Shown in pieces: positions 1 through 8,406 of a stretch of 64,000 nucleotides of DNA. The stretch is taken from positions 21,861-85,860 of the forward strand of contig CAYPIR010000001.1 of the NCBI GenBank assembly GCA_964410905.1. The letters run 5' to 3'. Source of the stretch: an uncultured bacterium. GTDB taxonomy: Bacteria; Omnitrophota; Omnitrophia; Omnitrophales; Aquincolibacteriaceae. Both the position numbers and the translations under genes were made by a program. Numbering within the stretch: position 1 is the first letter of the stretch; each line of letters starts with the position of its first letter. Under the pieces are notes generated by a model. That model did not search any database and was not told the origin of the DNA. It saw only the letters and a program-made list of their open reading frames with translations.

Positions 1-600
1 ATTATAAAAAGCATCATCTATCATAGAAAAACTTTTTGTTACAAATATTGTTTGCTGTAAAAAAAGAAGATCTCCGCCCAAACAAATGCCTTCCGGAAAT
101 CGAATATTGTTATCAAGAACAAGACTCCTACGATATATTGCCGTCCACCAATAAAGATTAAAATAAAATTTATCATTACCGTGTTTGGCTATAATGCTAT
201 TCAATTGAACTGTTTTGGTTTTTCCATAATAGTCCGTCTCTTTCGCGTTGCCTTTGACTATATCCGCATTTGTTTCTATCTTTTTCTCCCAAAGTTTCTC
301 ATAAAAATCCAAATCGACTTCATCATCGTTGTCCACAAAACCCAGATATTCTCCAGTTGCCAAATCTAATCCTTTGTTTCTAGCGACTGATTCTCCGCCG
401 TTTTTTTCATTACAAACCGCTTTAAGATTAGAATATTTTTTTGAATATTCTTGAATAATCTCCCAAGAATCATCCGTAGAAGCATCGTCCACCACGATTA
501 TTTCTATGTCTTTAAGCGTTTGATTACATACGCTGTCGAGACATCTACGCAAGTATAATTCTGCGTTATAAACTGGAATAATTATAGAAACCTTAGGCAC
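1..600 (-). CDS. Family 2 glycosyltransferase (GT2), partial. The gene begins at a GTG at 600 and runs off the window at 1.
   Basis: Reverse-strand translation VPKVSIIIPVYNAELYLRRCLDSVCNQTLKDIEIIVVDDASTDDS...GEYLGFVDNDDEVDLDFYEKL is a canonical GT-A N-terminus with the DxD motif. It overlaps the stop of the preceding GT2 gene by 8 bp. The ORF track does not list it because it is cut by the window edge. Confidence 0.75.
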   Translation of the reverse strand, partial: MPKVSIIIPVYNAELYLRRCLDSVCNQTLKDIEIIVVDDASTDDSWEIIQEYSKKYSNLKAVCNEKNGGESVARNKGLDLATGEYLGFVDNDDEVDLDFYEKLWEKKIETNADIVKGNAKETDYYGKTKTVQLNSIIAKHGNDKFYFNLYWWTAIYRRSLVLDNNIRFPEGICLGGDLLFLQQTIFVTKSFSMIDDAFYN

Positions 601-2266
601 TAGCTACCAACCTCTTCTTGAGAATTGAAAAAAGTTCAATTTTAGTCATCGGCTTAAAACCCTCTTTAAAACCCACAGTGGAACAAGTTCCCGCAAATAA
701 GTTTCCTTTATACTTTTTATCCAAATATTCCTTGGATTGCCAATATGTTCTAGGCAATCTAAGAGTAAATCCTGCATCTGAACAATGGCAACAATCCATA
801 ACAACAATTCGAGATTCAATGCCATGCTTGATGTGGGCGGATATGCAAAAATCTTCAACATAAAGATCCCACTGCAGGCATTCATCGAAACGTAATTTAT
901 ATTTATTTATGAGAGATGAATGAGCAATAAGACATTGACAATCAAATGTATCTACTTTTTCATCGCCTGTAATCACTTTGCCTGCCAGCCTGTTTGTTTC
1001 ACTGCCATCTCTGCATTCTTGAAATATCGTACCTTTCAATTCGTTATAAAAAAAAGTATCTATATATCCAATTTTTGCTCCAACAGGCCCCCACAAAAAT
1101 GTCTTATCAAGGTTTTCTATCTTGGGCAAAACATTTTCGAGAACTTCCCAATCTGAGTGACAGAAGACAAACCACGCGGGCTTAGAATATTCATATTTAT
1201 CTAGAAATTGATTATATCTTTCAGCGACTCCAATGTTTTTAACACTATTATCAAAAGCGTGAAACTCTATCTGTTGTTCATTTGAAATAAATCCATTTTT
1301 GCGCACTAAACGATTATACAAATCAAAATCTTGAACAACGCTAATAAAATAAATACTCTTATTTGCCATCTTACGTCTACCCACTTCGCGACAAAAATTT
1401 ATACACGCCGTCGTTGAAATTTTAAGCATCTCTGCTCGAACAAGATCTTTATAATTCAGCGAGTCATAAAAATCTAAAAGTTGGCTGAGCATAAAACTAG
1501 CCATTTCTTTCCCATGCGTATACATGTAACAAGTAGAAAACCATAAACTTAAAACAAAGGCTTTGGATTTTGTAGATATGGCCGCAGATTCAACCTCATT
1601 AAACAAGATGCGCATACCTTCAATTTTATCGTGGACACTAAAGCTGCTCCGCCTAGCAAGTAAAGCTTCACTCTCAAGCACATAATATTTAGCTTCATCG
1701 CATACTTTAACTGCGTTTGATTTAAGCGCTACCAGAAAAGCAAAAATTGGATCCTCCATATCTCGTAATAGCGGAAAAGTAATATTGGAACTTTTTAATA
1801 AATTTTTTCTATATATTGCACTAGCAAATTCCGCAGAAAAGGTATTTTTATCCACCTTTACTCTGCCATTCAAAAACATATTTTGAACTCCACTTGAAAT
1901 AAAAAAATAGATTCCCTTCACTACATCCGCCGCTGTTTCGACCGCCTTACTATGCAACTTCTCATAAAAATCCAAGTCAATAAAATCGTCTGAATCGACA
2001 AATCCGATATATTCTCCCGCCGCTGCTTCTATCCCAATATTGCGAGCGACTGCGGCGCCTCTATTTTCAGATTGTTCAATTATTTTTATCCTAGAGTCTT
2101 TAGCGGCATATTCTTTCAAAATCGCAAGCGAGCCGTCTGTCGATTTGTCATCTACGCAGATAATCTCAATATCCTTCAACGTCTGGGCGCAAACCGTATC
2201 CAAACATTTCCTGAAATACTGTTCTGGCACGTTATAAACTGGAATAATCACTGAAACTTTAGGCAT
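593..2266 (-). CDS. Two-domain family 2 glycosyltransferase (557 aa).
   Basis: N-terminus MPKVSVIIPVYNVPEQYFRKCLDTVCAQTLKDIEIICVDDKSTDGS...GFVDSDD is the GT2 signature. The C-terminal half looks like a second GT-A-like domain. The flanking sequence is low-GC. Confidence 0.85.
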   Translation of the reverse strand: MPKVSVIIPVYNVPEQYFRKCLDTVCAQTLKDIEIICVDDKSTDGSLAILKEYAAKDSRIKIIEQSENRGAAVARNIGIEAAAGEYIGFVDSDDFIDLDFYEKLHSKAVETAADVVKGIYFFISSGVQNMFLNGRVKVDKNTFSAEFASAIYRKNLLKSSNITFPLLRDMEDPIFAFLVALKSNAVKVCDEAKYYVLESEALLARRSSFSVHDKIEGMRILFNEVESAAISTKSKAFVLSLWFSTCYMYTHGKEMASFMLSQLLDFYDSLNYKDLVRAEMLKISTTACINFCREVGRRKMANKSIYFISVVQDFDLYNRLVRKNGFISNEQQIEFHAFDNSVKNIGVAERYNQFLDKYEYSKPAWFVFCHSDWEVLENVLPKIENLDKTFLWGPVGAKIGYIDTFFYNELKGTIFQECRDGSETNRLAGKVITGDEKVDTFDCQCLIAHSSLINKYKLRFDECLQWDLYVEDFCISAHIKHGIESRIVVMDCCHCSDAGFTLRLPRTYWQSKEYLDKKYKGNLFAGTCSTVGFKEGFKPMTKIELFSILKKRLVASA

Positions 2267-2267
2267 T

Positions 2268-2283
2268 CCCCCCCCTTTTTTTT
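2268..2283 (-). repeat. Homopolymeric tract C8T8 on the plus strand (A8G8 on the coding strand), ending 1 nt before the ATG of the GT2 gene at 2266.
   Basis: Read directly from the sequence: cattCCCCCCCCTTTTTTTTgaatt. Confidence 0.9.
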
Positions 2284-2337
2284 GAATTTTCTTCTAACAT
2301 TATGAGTAAACCAATCTTTGAAACTATAGCGCCCCGC

Positions 2338-3531
2338 TTAATCACCAATTAATCCAAGTGAAAATAACGGTTTTTTCTCTGTTGTATTAAAAGCATAAGA
2401 GTCAGCCAATATTATTTTTCTTCCTGTTTTCACGCCTTTAAACTGACTTCGCCCCTTACCCTTTCCTCCGATTTCAAAAACTGTATCCATATCCGTCAAA
2501 ATGTAATCTGGGGTCTTTTTCCCAGTGGTCGATTTTAAATAATTGATTTTTTTGCCGAAAATTTTGCAACATTGCGCAAAAAAATCCTCTCTCAAGCCGC
2601 CCAAAGCCAAGTCAAAACCATTAAACAATAACCGATACGGCAAACTCAACAAAACTTTAGGCTCTTTTAAAACGTTTGTTCCCGTAGGGAATATCACCTG
2701 AATGACAAACGACTGCTCCAAAAGCAATACATATTGTTCAGCCTTATACTTTGTAATTCCTAAATTTTTCGATATGCTCGAATAATTAATTCCGTCCACA
2801 GCCGATAAGGCAGCAAATTTAACTAGTTTGCTTATCGTATTTAACTCTTCCATAGTTATATTTCTGTTAACTCGCGGAATATCTTTGTAAAGAATGGCGT
2901 TCAAAATGTTATCAAGCAGCGGAATAATGTCCGGTTCGTCTAACGCAAAAGGCATTAATCCGCCTTTTATGTAATCGTAAAAATATTCTCCATACCGCAG
3001 TAACGAAACAGGTAATTTTTTACCCATAAAATCTTCTAAACTGAGCGGCTCAATTACTGCGTCTGTTTTAAATTCAATATATTCACGCAAAGAAAACGGA
3101 TACAGCGGCTTTAATATTAGGCGGCGCGACATATCGTTTTTATATTTCCCCATAGACAGCGCCGTAGAACTTGTAAAGAACACTTTTAAATCTAACAATT
3201 CATAAACACTTTGTATCTCTTTATCAAAATTCGCATACGCATGAACTTCGTCCAGCAAGAAAACTCTTATACCCAGTTTCTCTTTCAAATCCTTTAAGGT
3301 CTCAAACATTTTTCCTTCAAAGGATTCCATCGATATGTAAAAAGAATTTTCAAGCTTTAAAGCAAGTTGTTTTAAAGTTGTAGTTTTTCCCACGCCGCGT
3401 GGTCCAACTATGCCAACAAAGTGCTTACCTTTATCAGACAACAATTCCGCAAAAAGCCTTCTGCTTCTTTTGAATTGCTTAGCACTTTCTTTTGACAGCC
3501 TATCCAATTCTACGAGTTTGCTAATTTCCAT
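2338..3531 (-). CDS. AAA+ superfamily ATPase (COG1373 type, ATPase domain plus DUF4143-like C-terminus).
   Basis: Walker A GIVGPRGVGKTT, Walker B FLLDEVH, and the overall architecture typical of COG1373 ATPases. Confidence 0.75.
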   Translation of the reverse strand: MEISKLVELDRLSKESAKQFKRSRRLFAELLSDKGKHFVGIVGPRGVGKTTTLKQLALKLENSFYISMESFEGKMFETLKDLKEKLGIRVFLLDEVHAYANFDKEIQSVYELLDLKVFFTSSTALSMGKYKNDMSRRLILKPLYPFSLREYIEFKTDAVIEPLSLEDFMGKKLPVSLLRYGEYFYDYIKGGLMPFALDEPDIIPLLDNILNAILYKDIPRVNRNITMEELNTISKLVKFAALSAVDGINYSSISKNLGITKYKAEQYVLLLEQSFVIQVIFPTGTNVLKEPKVLLSLPYRLLFNGFDLALGGLREDFFAQCCKIFGKKINYLKSTTGKKTPDYILTDMDTVFEIGGKGKGRSQFKGVKTGRKIILADSYAFNTTEKKPLFSLGLIGD

Positions 3532-3542
3532 ATTTCAGCCCT

Positions 3543-3623
3543 CCAATAATGTTATTTTGTCCAATCATTAAACAAAATATATACTATATTGTCAAGTAAT
3601 TAAACAAAATAACATTATTCTGG
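3543..3623. promoter_or_regulatory. Long interrupted inverted repeat in the PqqD-like/ATPase intergenic region. Arms are 16 to 18 bp and the spacer is about 43 bp.
   Basis: aataatgttattttgt (3545-3560) pairs perfectly with acaaaataacattatt (3604-3619). The spacer is AT-rich and contains tgtcaa (TTGACA on the minus strand). Confidence 0.5.
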
Positions 3624-3636
3624 CACATAAACTCAT

Positions 3637-4131
3637 CTATTGAGCCCCGTCCTTTCCCATTTCTTCTTCTTTTGCTTTTTTTGCCTTAAGCTTTTCGGCG
3701 TCCGTTTCGAGCGCGCTTTTTTCTGGCGTCCAGCCCGTGTCATCTTTAACTTCATGGATTGGGTCGGCAAGCAGCAATTCTTGCGCGTCGTTATATTCTG
3801 TAACAAACAATGCGAAATTTTCCGCTGTCGCAATTTTGCTATTAATTGCAGCCCCGCCCTTTCCATCTCCGCCGGCAACGATAAGCCCTTTTTCAACCAA
3901 CGCGTCAACAAATAATTTAAAATTTTCATCAATATTAGCAGGGACTCCCGCTATAGACTTTAGAGATGCCAAAACCGCTTCGCTAGATGCTCCTCCGATA
4001 ATGCGCGCAAATACTTCCGTTCCAAGCGGATTCATTCCGTAATAAATGCCCGTTTCTGAATTAATGACGATTGCGATTCCATCCGCAATGTCGGAAAACA
4101 TTTTCGATTCGTTTAAAACATAATTTGCCAT
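3637..4131 (-). CDS. PqqD-family protein (a RiPP recognition element, RRE) with a C-terminal low-complexity extension of about 70 aa.
   Basis: IAIVINSETGIYYGMNPLGTEVFARIIGGASSEAVLASLKSIAGVPANIDENFKLFVDALVEKGLIV matches the PqqD/RRE pattern (DGxxVLxNxxTGxYYxLNxxGxxIW...EIxxxL...FLxxLxxxGLI). The tail is AGGDGKGG...KLKAKKAKEEEMGKDGAQ. The ATG lies 1 nt after the kinase stop, so the two genes are translationally coupled. Confidence 0.7.
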   Translation of the reverse strand: MANYVLNESKMFSDIADGIAIVINSETGIYYGMNPLGTEVFARIIGGASSEAVLASLKSIAGVPANIDENFKLFVDALVEKGLIVAGGDGKGGAAINSKIATAENFALFVTEYNDAQELLLADPIHEVKDDTGWTPEKSALETDAEKLKAKKAKEEEMGKDGAQ

Positions 4132-4132
4132 T

Positions 4133-5221
4133 TTATTTTTTCTCCTTGTTTAGTTTGTTGCAAAACTCTCGCAAGCATTCGACATTGGCATAAATATCGG
4201 GTGAGAGATTTATTTGATAAAAGTTGAAGTCCCTAACAAAATTCATTAATTTGCGAACTGTTGCAATATCAAGCTTGTCGCCCATCTGATTGATAGTTGA
4301 ATGAATAAGCTGCGTAATCGCTCTGCCTTTTTCGCACGACGCAATTGAGGGAGCTTTGTCAGATACAATTTCAGGGAAAATGCACGCTTTGATCGCGTAG
4401 TTTTCTCTGAACTGTTTGTGATAATTAGAAATGCTAAATACGTATTTATCACGCCTCGCGTTGTTGGAAACAAACTTGCCGTCAAACTCATAATAAAGTT
4501 CGTTCCACATTCGCGGGCTCAAAGTAACAATGGAATATATTGGCGAACTGAGCAATTTGCCATTCGTTTGTTTTTCTAAGATAAGATAATCATCTGAAAC
4601 ATATTCAAAGCCTTGCATCATAGACAATACCGCCAAAGTAGATTTGCCGCGTTGTCCGCGCGCGCATACCAAAACTCCGCTGCCGTTTAATCCTACCACC
4701 GCCGCATGAACAAGGTTTGCCGTCGGCGATTTGATGACCTTGTTGAAAAGCTGCACAAAAATATGCCCTTGTTTTATGAACTCTTCCGGGTCAAGATTTT
4801 CAGCGGCATAATAGTATGTATTGTTTTTTGCATCGTAAGCATTAACAAAACCTGTCGTTGGAAAAACAGAAATGTTAGAGCCGTCATCGCCTTTAATGTC
4901 GACATCAATCCAATCTTGATGTAAGACTAACTTTTCAATTCTCGCGCGCATTTTGCCGTGCGAATCAAGCAAGGATTCTGACAACTGTTTTATTTTTGTT
5001 TCTTTCCAAATAACAAGCGTCGCGTCATAGCAATCCGAGTTTGATTTCAATGTAAAGGCGAGTTGTTTTTCAACAAGAGGCGTCCACTCTTTATGAAAAC
5101 ATTCAATTCGCAATGTCTTAGAACCTAATCGCACAAACCGTATCCATTCGCGCGTGTTTGTTTGGCGAATATTGCTATCAAGTTTTTGGACATATGCCGG
5201 CGCATCGCCTTTTATGAACAT
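4133..5221 (-). CDS. HPr-kinase-like serine kinase (HprK C-terminal domain homolog).
   Basis: LVCARGQRGKSTLAVLSMMQGFEYVSDDYLIL parallels the HprK P-loop region [30 protein letters not shown]. Its start overlaps the nucleotidyltransferase stop by 8 nt. Confidence 0.65.
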   Translation of the reverse strand: MFIKGDAPAYVQKLDSNIRQTNTREWIRFVRLGSKTLRIECFHKEWTPLVEKQLAFTLKSNSDCYDATLVIWKETKIKQLSESLLDSHGKMRARIEKLVLHQDWIDVDIKGDDGSNISVFPTTGFVNAYDAKNNTYYYAAENLDPEEFIKQGHIFVQLFNKVIKSPTANLVHAAVVGLNGSGVLVCARGQRGKSTLAVLSMMQGFEYVSDDYLILEKQTNGKLLSSPIYSIVTLSPRMWNELYYEFDGKFVSNNARRDKYVFSISNYHKQFRENYAIKACIFPEIVSDKAPSIASCEKGRAITQLIHSTINQMGDKLDIATVRKLMNFVRDFNFYQINLSPDIYANVECLREFCNKLNKEKK

Positions 5222-6216
5222 TTTCGCTGCTCCCGCATTGAATTAAATCCCTCAGCCATTTTTAAAAACAGCGCTATTAACTGATCGCTTTTGCCAATTG
5301 TTTTAAGAAATCTGTGATAAGGCTTATCTTTTAACCAATTTTTCATTACTTCAAAATTTTTAATCGCATTTTTCAGCTTTAATTTTTTGCAGCGCCATTT
5401 CACATCATAGACATAAAATCTGTAAAAAACCAAACGGTTCCTATAATTTGCTGCGGATTTTTTTAGCTTTTTATTGTGGAGAAATAAATCGGGCAAGAGA
5501 TTGGGCGATATGCGATTTAAAAGTTTTGCGGCAAAAAACAATGTCGCTTCGCAAGATGCCTTTTGGGCATTTTGAAAAACTCTTTTCCAATCAAAATTAG
5601 GATTAGTTTCGAGCAAATATTTAATGTCAAAAAGAGCAAACAAAACTCCGCCTAGGGTTGTTTTGTAATGCAAATTTCGGCTTATGTTGGTCAGCGCGAC
5701 AAATACAAAATCCTCAGGGGTAGGCACAAACGCTCTCGCGCCGAAAACATCTTGCAAAGTTGCCCGCGAAAAAAAGTCTCTCATTAAACTTTTGTCATAA
5801 TCAGGGACATCAAAATCAATAAAACGATGTATATCAACCGTTCCTTCGTCCGTTCCTTTTGGATGTAAGTCCGCCGAGTAGGCATTAAATTCCGCGACCG
5901 TATAGCCGAGATTTTTTGCTATCTCAAGCGACTTTCTATAATCTTCTTCGCGTACCAAAATATCTATGTCGCCCATTGCTCTGGGTAATTCCGGTCTTAT
6001 ATATTTCATCGCGCCGCCTTTTAAAATCATTGGAATAATTCCGTTTTGGTTAAGGGCGCGGACGACTTTGCCAAAATGCGCGATAAGTTTGAGGTTGGCA
6101 AAACGATGAAATTCCAGAACTCCTTTTAAACGCGGATAAATTAGGTCGGGCACGTCAAAATTAGGACGGGATTTTATTGTATACGAGAGAAGTAAAATTT
6201 TTCTGCCATCCGCCAA
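5212..6216 (-). CDS. Nucleotidyltransferase-family protein (polymerase-beta-like fold, PF14907-like). The start is uncertain. The listed start is a TTG, and the frame stays open upstream through the (CAAG)n tract to 6432.
   Basis: Motif LKGGAMKYIRPELPRAMGDIDILV (G[GS]...DxD). The in-frame upstream 72 codons (…KQDTNRLSFLKEDKVFWAEEAFYQEIVSQKDQKLIDLAFREESTQKTLDDFLIDFDIE) look protein-like and contain no ATG, GTG or TTG. Confidence 0.65.
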   Translation of the reverse strand: MADGRKILLLSYTIKSRPNFDVPDLIYPRLKGVLEFHRFANLKLIAHFGKVVRALNQNGIIPMILKGGAMKYIRPELPRAMGDIDILVREEDYRKSLEIAKNLGYTVAEFNAYSADLHPKGTDEGTVDIHRFIDFDVPDYDKSLMRDFFSRATLQDVFGARAFVPTPEDFVFVALTNISRNLHYKTTLGGVLFALFDIKYLLETNPNFDWKRVFQNAQKASCEATLFFAAKLLNRISPNLLPDLFLHNKKLKKSAANYRNRLVFYRFYVYDVKWRCKKLKLKNAIKNFEVMKNWLKDKPYHRFLKTIGKSDQLIALFLKMAEGFNSMREQRKCS

Positions 6217-6383
6217 TTCGATATCAAAATCGATGAGAAAATCATCTAGTGTTTTTTGCGTGGATTCTTCGCGGAAAGCAAGATCGATAAGTTTTTGGTC
6301 TTTTTGCGAAACAATTTCTTGATAAAACGCTTCTTCCGCCCAAAAGACTTTGTCTTCTTTTAAAAAACTTAATCGATTAGTAT

Positions 6384-6424
<41 letters not shown>

Positions 6425-6491
6425 AGACATTCTTAAACTCGCGGTTTTGCATTTTTTAAAAATTAGAAAAATAATTTTCTGTCCATTTTTT

Positions 6492-7520
6492 CTATTTCGT
6501 TAAGAGTTCGTTAACTTTATTCATTACCGCGAACGCGTCGGCGACATAAAGCACATCGGCTTTACCTTGCGCCCAGCCGCAATTGGCGTCTGTATTAACG
6601 GCGCGACGTTCGTTAATGAAACGCCAACCGACAACATGCGGTTCCTCACCGTGACAACAAGTCGCAAGCCCTTTTGGATGTCTGGGCGTAGACCCCGTTT
6701 GCCCGACTTGATTCATGTGCCCAATAAAAGAAAGAACCGCCTCGCCTTCAGCTCCAAGGTCGACAAGCGATTTACTGCTTCCAAGAGACGCTTTTGTATT
6801 TTTGAGAAAATCTAAAATATGTTTTTCGGCATCTTTCGAATGCGTCTGGCCATCGGCTTGTTTTTTTGTCCATCCCGCACCCGCAACAAATAAAAGTTCC
6901 GCGTCAGGACGAATTGTCTGCGCGTCTGCTGGCGGAGCCTGAACACCAACCGATTTGGTTCGTTTGTCTGCGTCTGTTAAAGCAACTGTTACTGCCTCAA
7001 CCGCCGCGGAACCAGCCGTGCCATTAAATGCTTGAAACACTCCCGAATCAACCGCCAAAATCCAAGGACGCGCCGCGCGAGAAAGTGTCGCAACCATTCG
7101 CTGACGGTAATACCAACGTTGGATATTGAGTTTTCCGTCCTGAATAGAAATTCCGCTTATATGCGTATCAATTGCTCCGTTTAATCGAAACGAAAGTCCC
7201 GGCAACGCACGCGCAAAACGGCTTGTTGAAGGCGCGATTATGATTGCCGCGCCTGATGTCTTTGCTATTGCTTCAAGAGCCTTAACATCTGAGGCATAGC
7301 GTGAATCCGCGAAATCGGCGCCCGAAACGCCATAAATCTTAGTGGCTCCCGCTCCGGCAATTTGGTCGGCCGCAGATTTAACGTCAGCGCCAATCAAGCC
7401 TATAGAAAGTTCCGCGTTTAAATCTTTTGTAATTTGCCGCGCTCCCGATAAAACCTCAAGCGCGATTTTGGGAAGGCTTCCATTTGAATCCGTATGTGCT
7501 AAATAAAGAATTTTTTCCAT
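6492..7520 (-). CDS. etfA: Electron transfer flavoprotein alpha subunit.
   Basis: The 342 aa product has Etf-alpha N- and C-terminal domains (…PSTSRFARALPG…; FAD-binding C-terminus). It sits next to etfB. Confidence 0.9.
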   Translation of the reverse strand: MEKILYLAHTDSNGSLPKIALEVLSGARQITKDLNAELSIGLIGADVKSAADQIAGAGATKIYGVSGADFADSRYASDVKALEAIAKTSGAAIIIAPSTSRFARALPGLSFRLNGAIDTHISGISIQDGKLNIQRWYYRQRMVATLSRAARPWILAVDSGVFQAFNGTAGSAAVEAVTVALTDADKRTKSVGVQAPPADAQTIRPDAELLFVAGAGWTKKQADGQTHSKDAEKHILDFLKNTKASLGSSKSLVDLGAEGEAVLSFIGHMNQVGQTGSTPRHPKGLATCCHGEEPHVVGWRFINERRAVNTDANCGWAQGKADVLYVADAFAVMNKVNELLTK

Positions 7521-7532
7521 TTTCTCTCTCCC

Positions 7533-8342
7533 TTAACCTTTAATCCATGTAACGATTTCTTTAGCGATTTCGTCAACGGACGTGTCTTTTACAATTCGAG
7601 TTTGGCGCTGCTGCTTTGGAAGCTCGACAGACGCAAATTGTATTTTGTCCGTCTTAAGTCCGGCGGGCGCGGCCTTCTGCAGCGCGGGCATAATTCCGCG
7701 CATATTCGCCATTCCCACTTGAGGGTTATTCGGCGGCTCAGGTAAATTTCCCGTCGCCCAGCCAATCGCCGCGGGCGCGCCGACGCAAGAGGAAACCTGA
7801 TATTTTCCACCCTCGATTCGTTCAAGAATTTTAAAAGAACCGTCTGCTTGAACTGTAAGTTCATCAACAGACAAAAACACATCGGTAATTCCAAGATGCT
7901 CCGCGATAAGTTGAATTGTTGTTCCTGAATCGCGGGAAGCCGAAGAACAGCCGCCGAACACAAGTGTTTTTGTTTTATCAAATCCCGGCAGTTTAGAAAT
8001 AGTGCCGGCAAGCGCAGCCGCGACTTCGGAGGAGTCCGTAAATCCGCTGGCAGAACCGTCAATCGCCACAAGTTCAAACGGAACTTTTTGCGCGATAGTC
8101 ATCATCAACTGCTGAAGTTTTGCTTTAGGTCCAAGGCTCAAAAGAGTAACCTTGCTACCCGGAAATAGCTTCGCTAAGTTTGCCGCTTCAAAAAGCGAAT
8201 GCCCCGCCCAAGGGTCAAGAACCGAAGGCAGCATCATTTCATTTCTAAGCGCATGACCTGTCGACCCTTGAATTGGCTCAAGTGTTTGAAGTGGATCCGG
8301 AACCAAACTTCCGCAAACTATAATATTAAAAACATTACTCAT
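7533..8342 (-). CDS. etfB: Electron transfer flavoprotein beta subunit.
   Basis: The 269 aa product (MSNVFNIIVCGSLVPDP… Etf-beta fold) lies immediately upstream of etfA. There is a strong SD (AAGGGAGGAAGT) before its ATG. Confidence 0.9.
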   Translation of the reverse strand: MSNVFNIIVCGSLVPDPLQTLEPIQGSTGHALRNEMMLPSVLDPWAGHSLFEAANLAKLFPGSKVTLLSLGPKAKLQQLMMTIAQKVPFELVAIDGSASGFTDSSEVAAALAGTISKLPGFDKTKTLVFGGCSSASRDSGTTIQLIAEHLGITDVFLSVDELTVQADGSFKILERIEGGKYQVSSCVGAPAAIGWATGNLPEPPNNPQVGMANMRGIMPALQKAAPAGLKTDKIQFASVELPKQQRQTRIVKDTSVDEIAKEIVTWIKG

Positions 8343-8406
8343 ACTTCCTCCCTTTTTATTGATTACTTTTCATTTGCCTTTAGCTAGTAGTTATAACGCC
8401 GCTATG

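Noticed and set aside
3590-3595. TTGACA (minus strand) inside the palindrome spacer, as a possible -35 element for the AAA+ ATPase gene.
   Set aside because: No convincing -10 hexamer at 16 to 18 bp spacing (best is TTTAAT), so it is not called as a promoter.
3633-3932. 99-aa minus-strand ORF, very basic (…QKKQKKKKWERTGLNR).
   Set aside because: It is an alternative frame fully inside the PqqD-like gene. Its basic composition is a frame-shift artefact of the acidic, Lys-rich PqqD tail.
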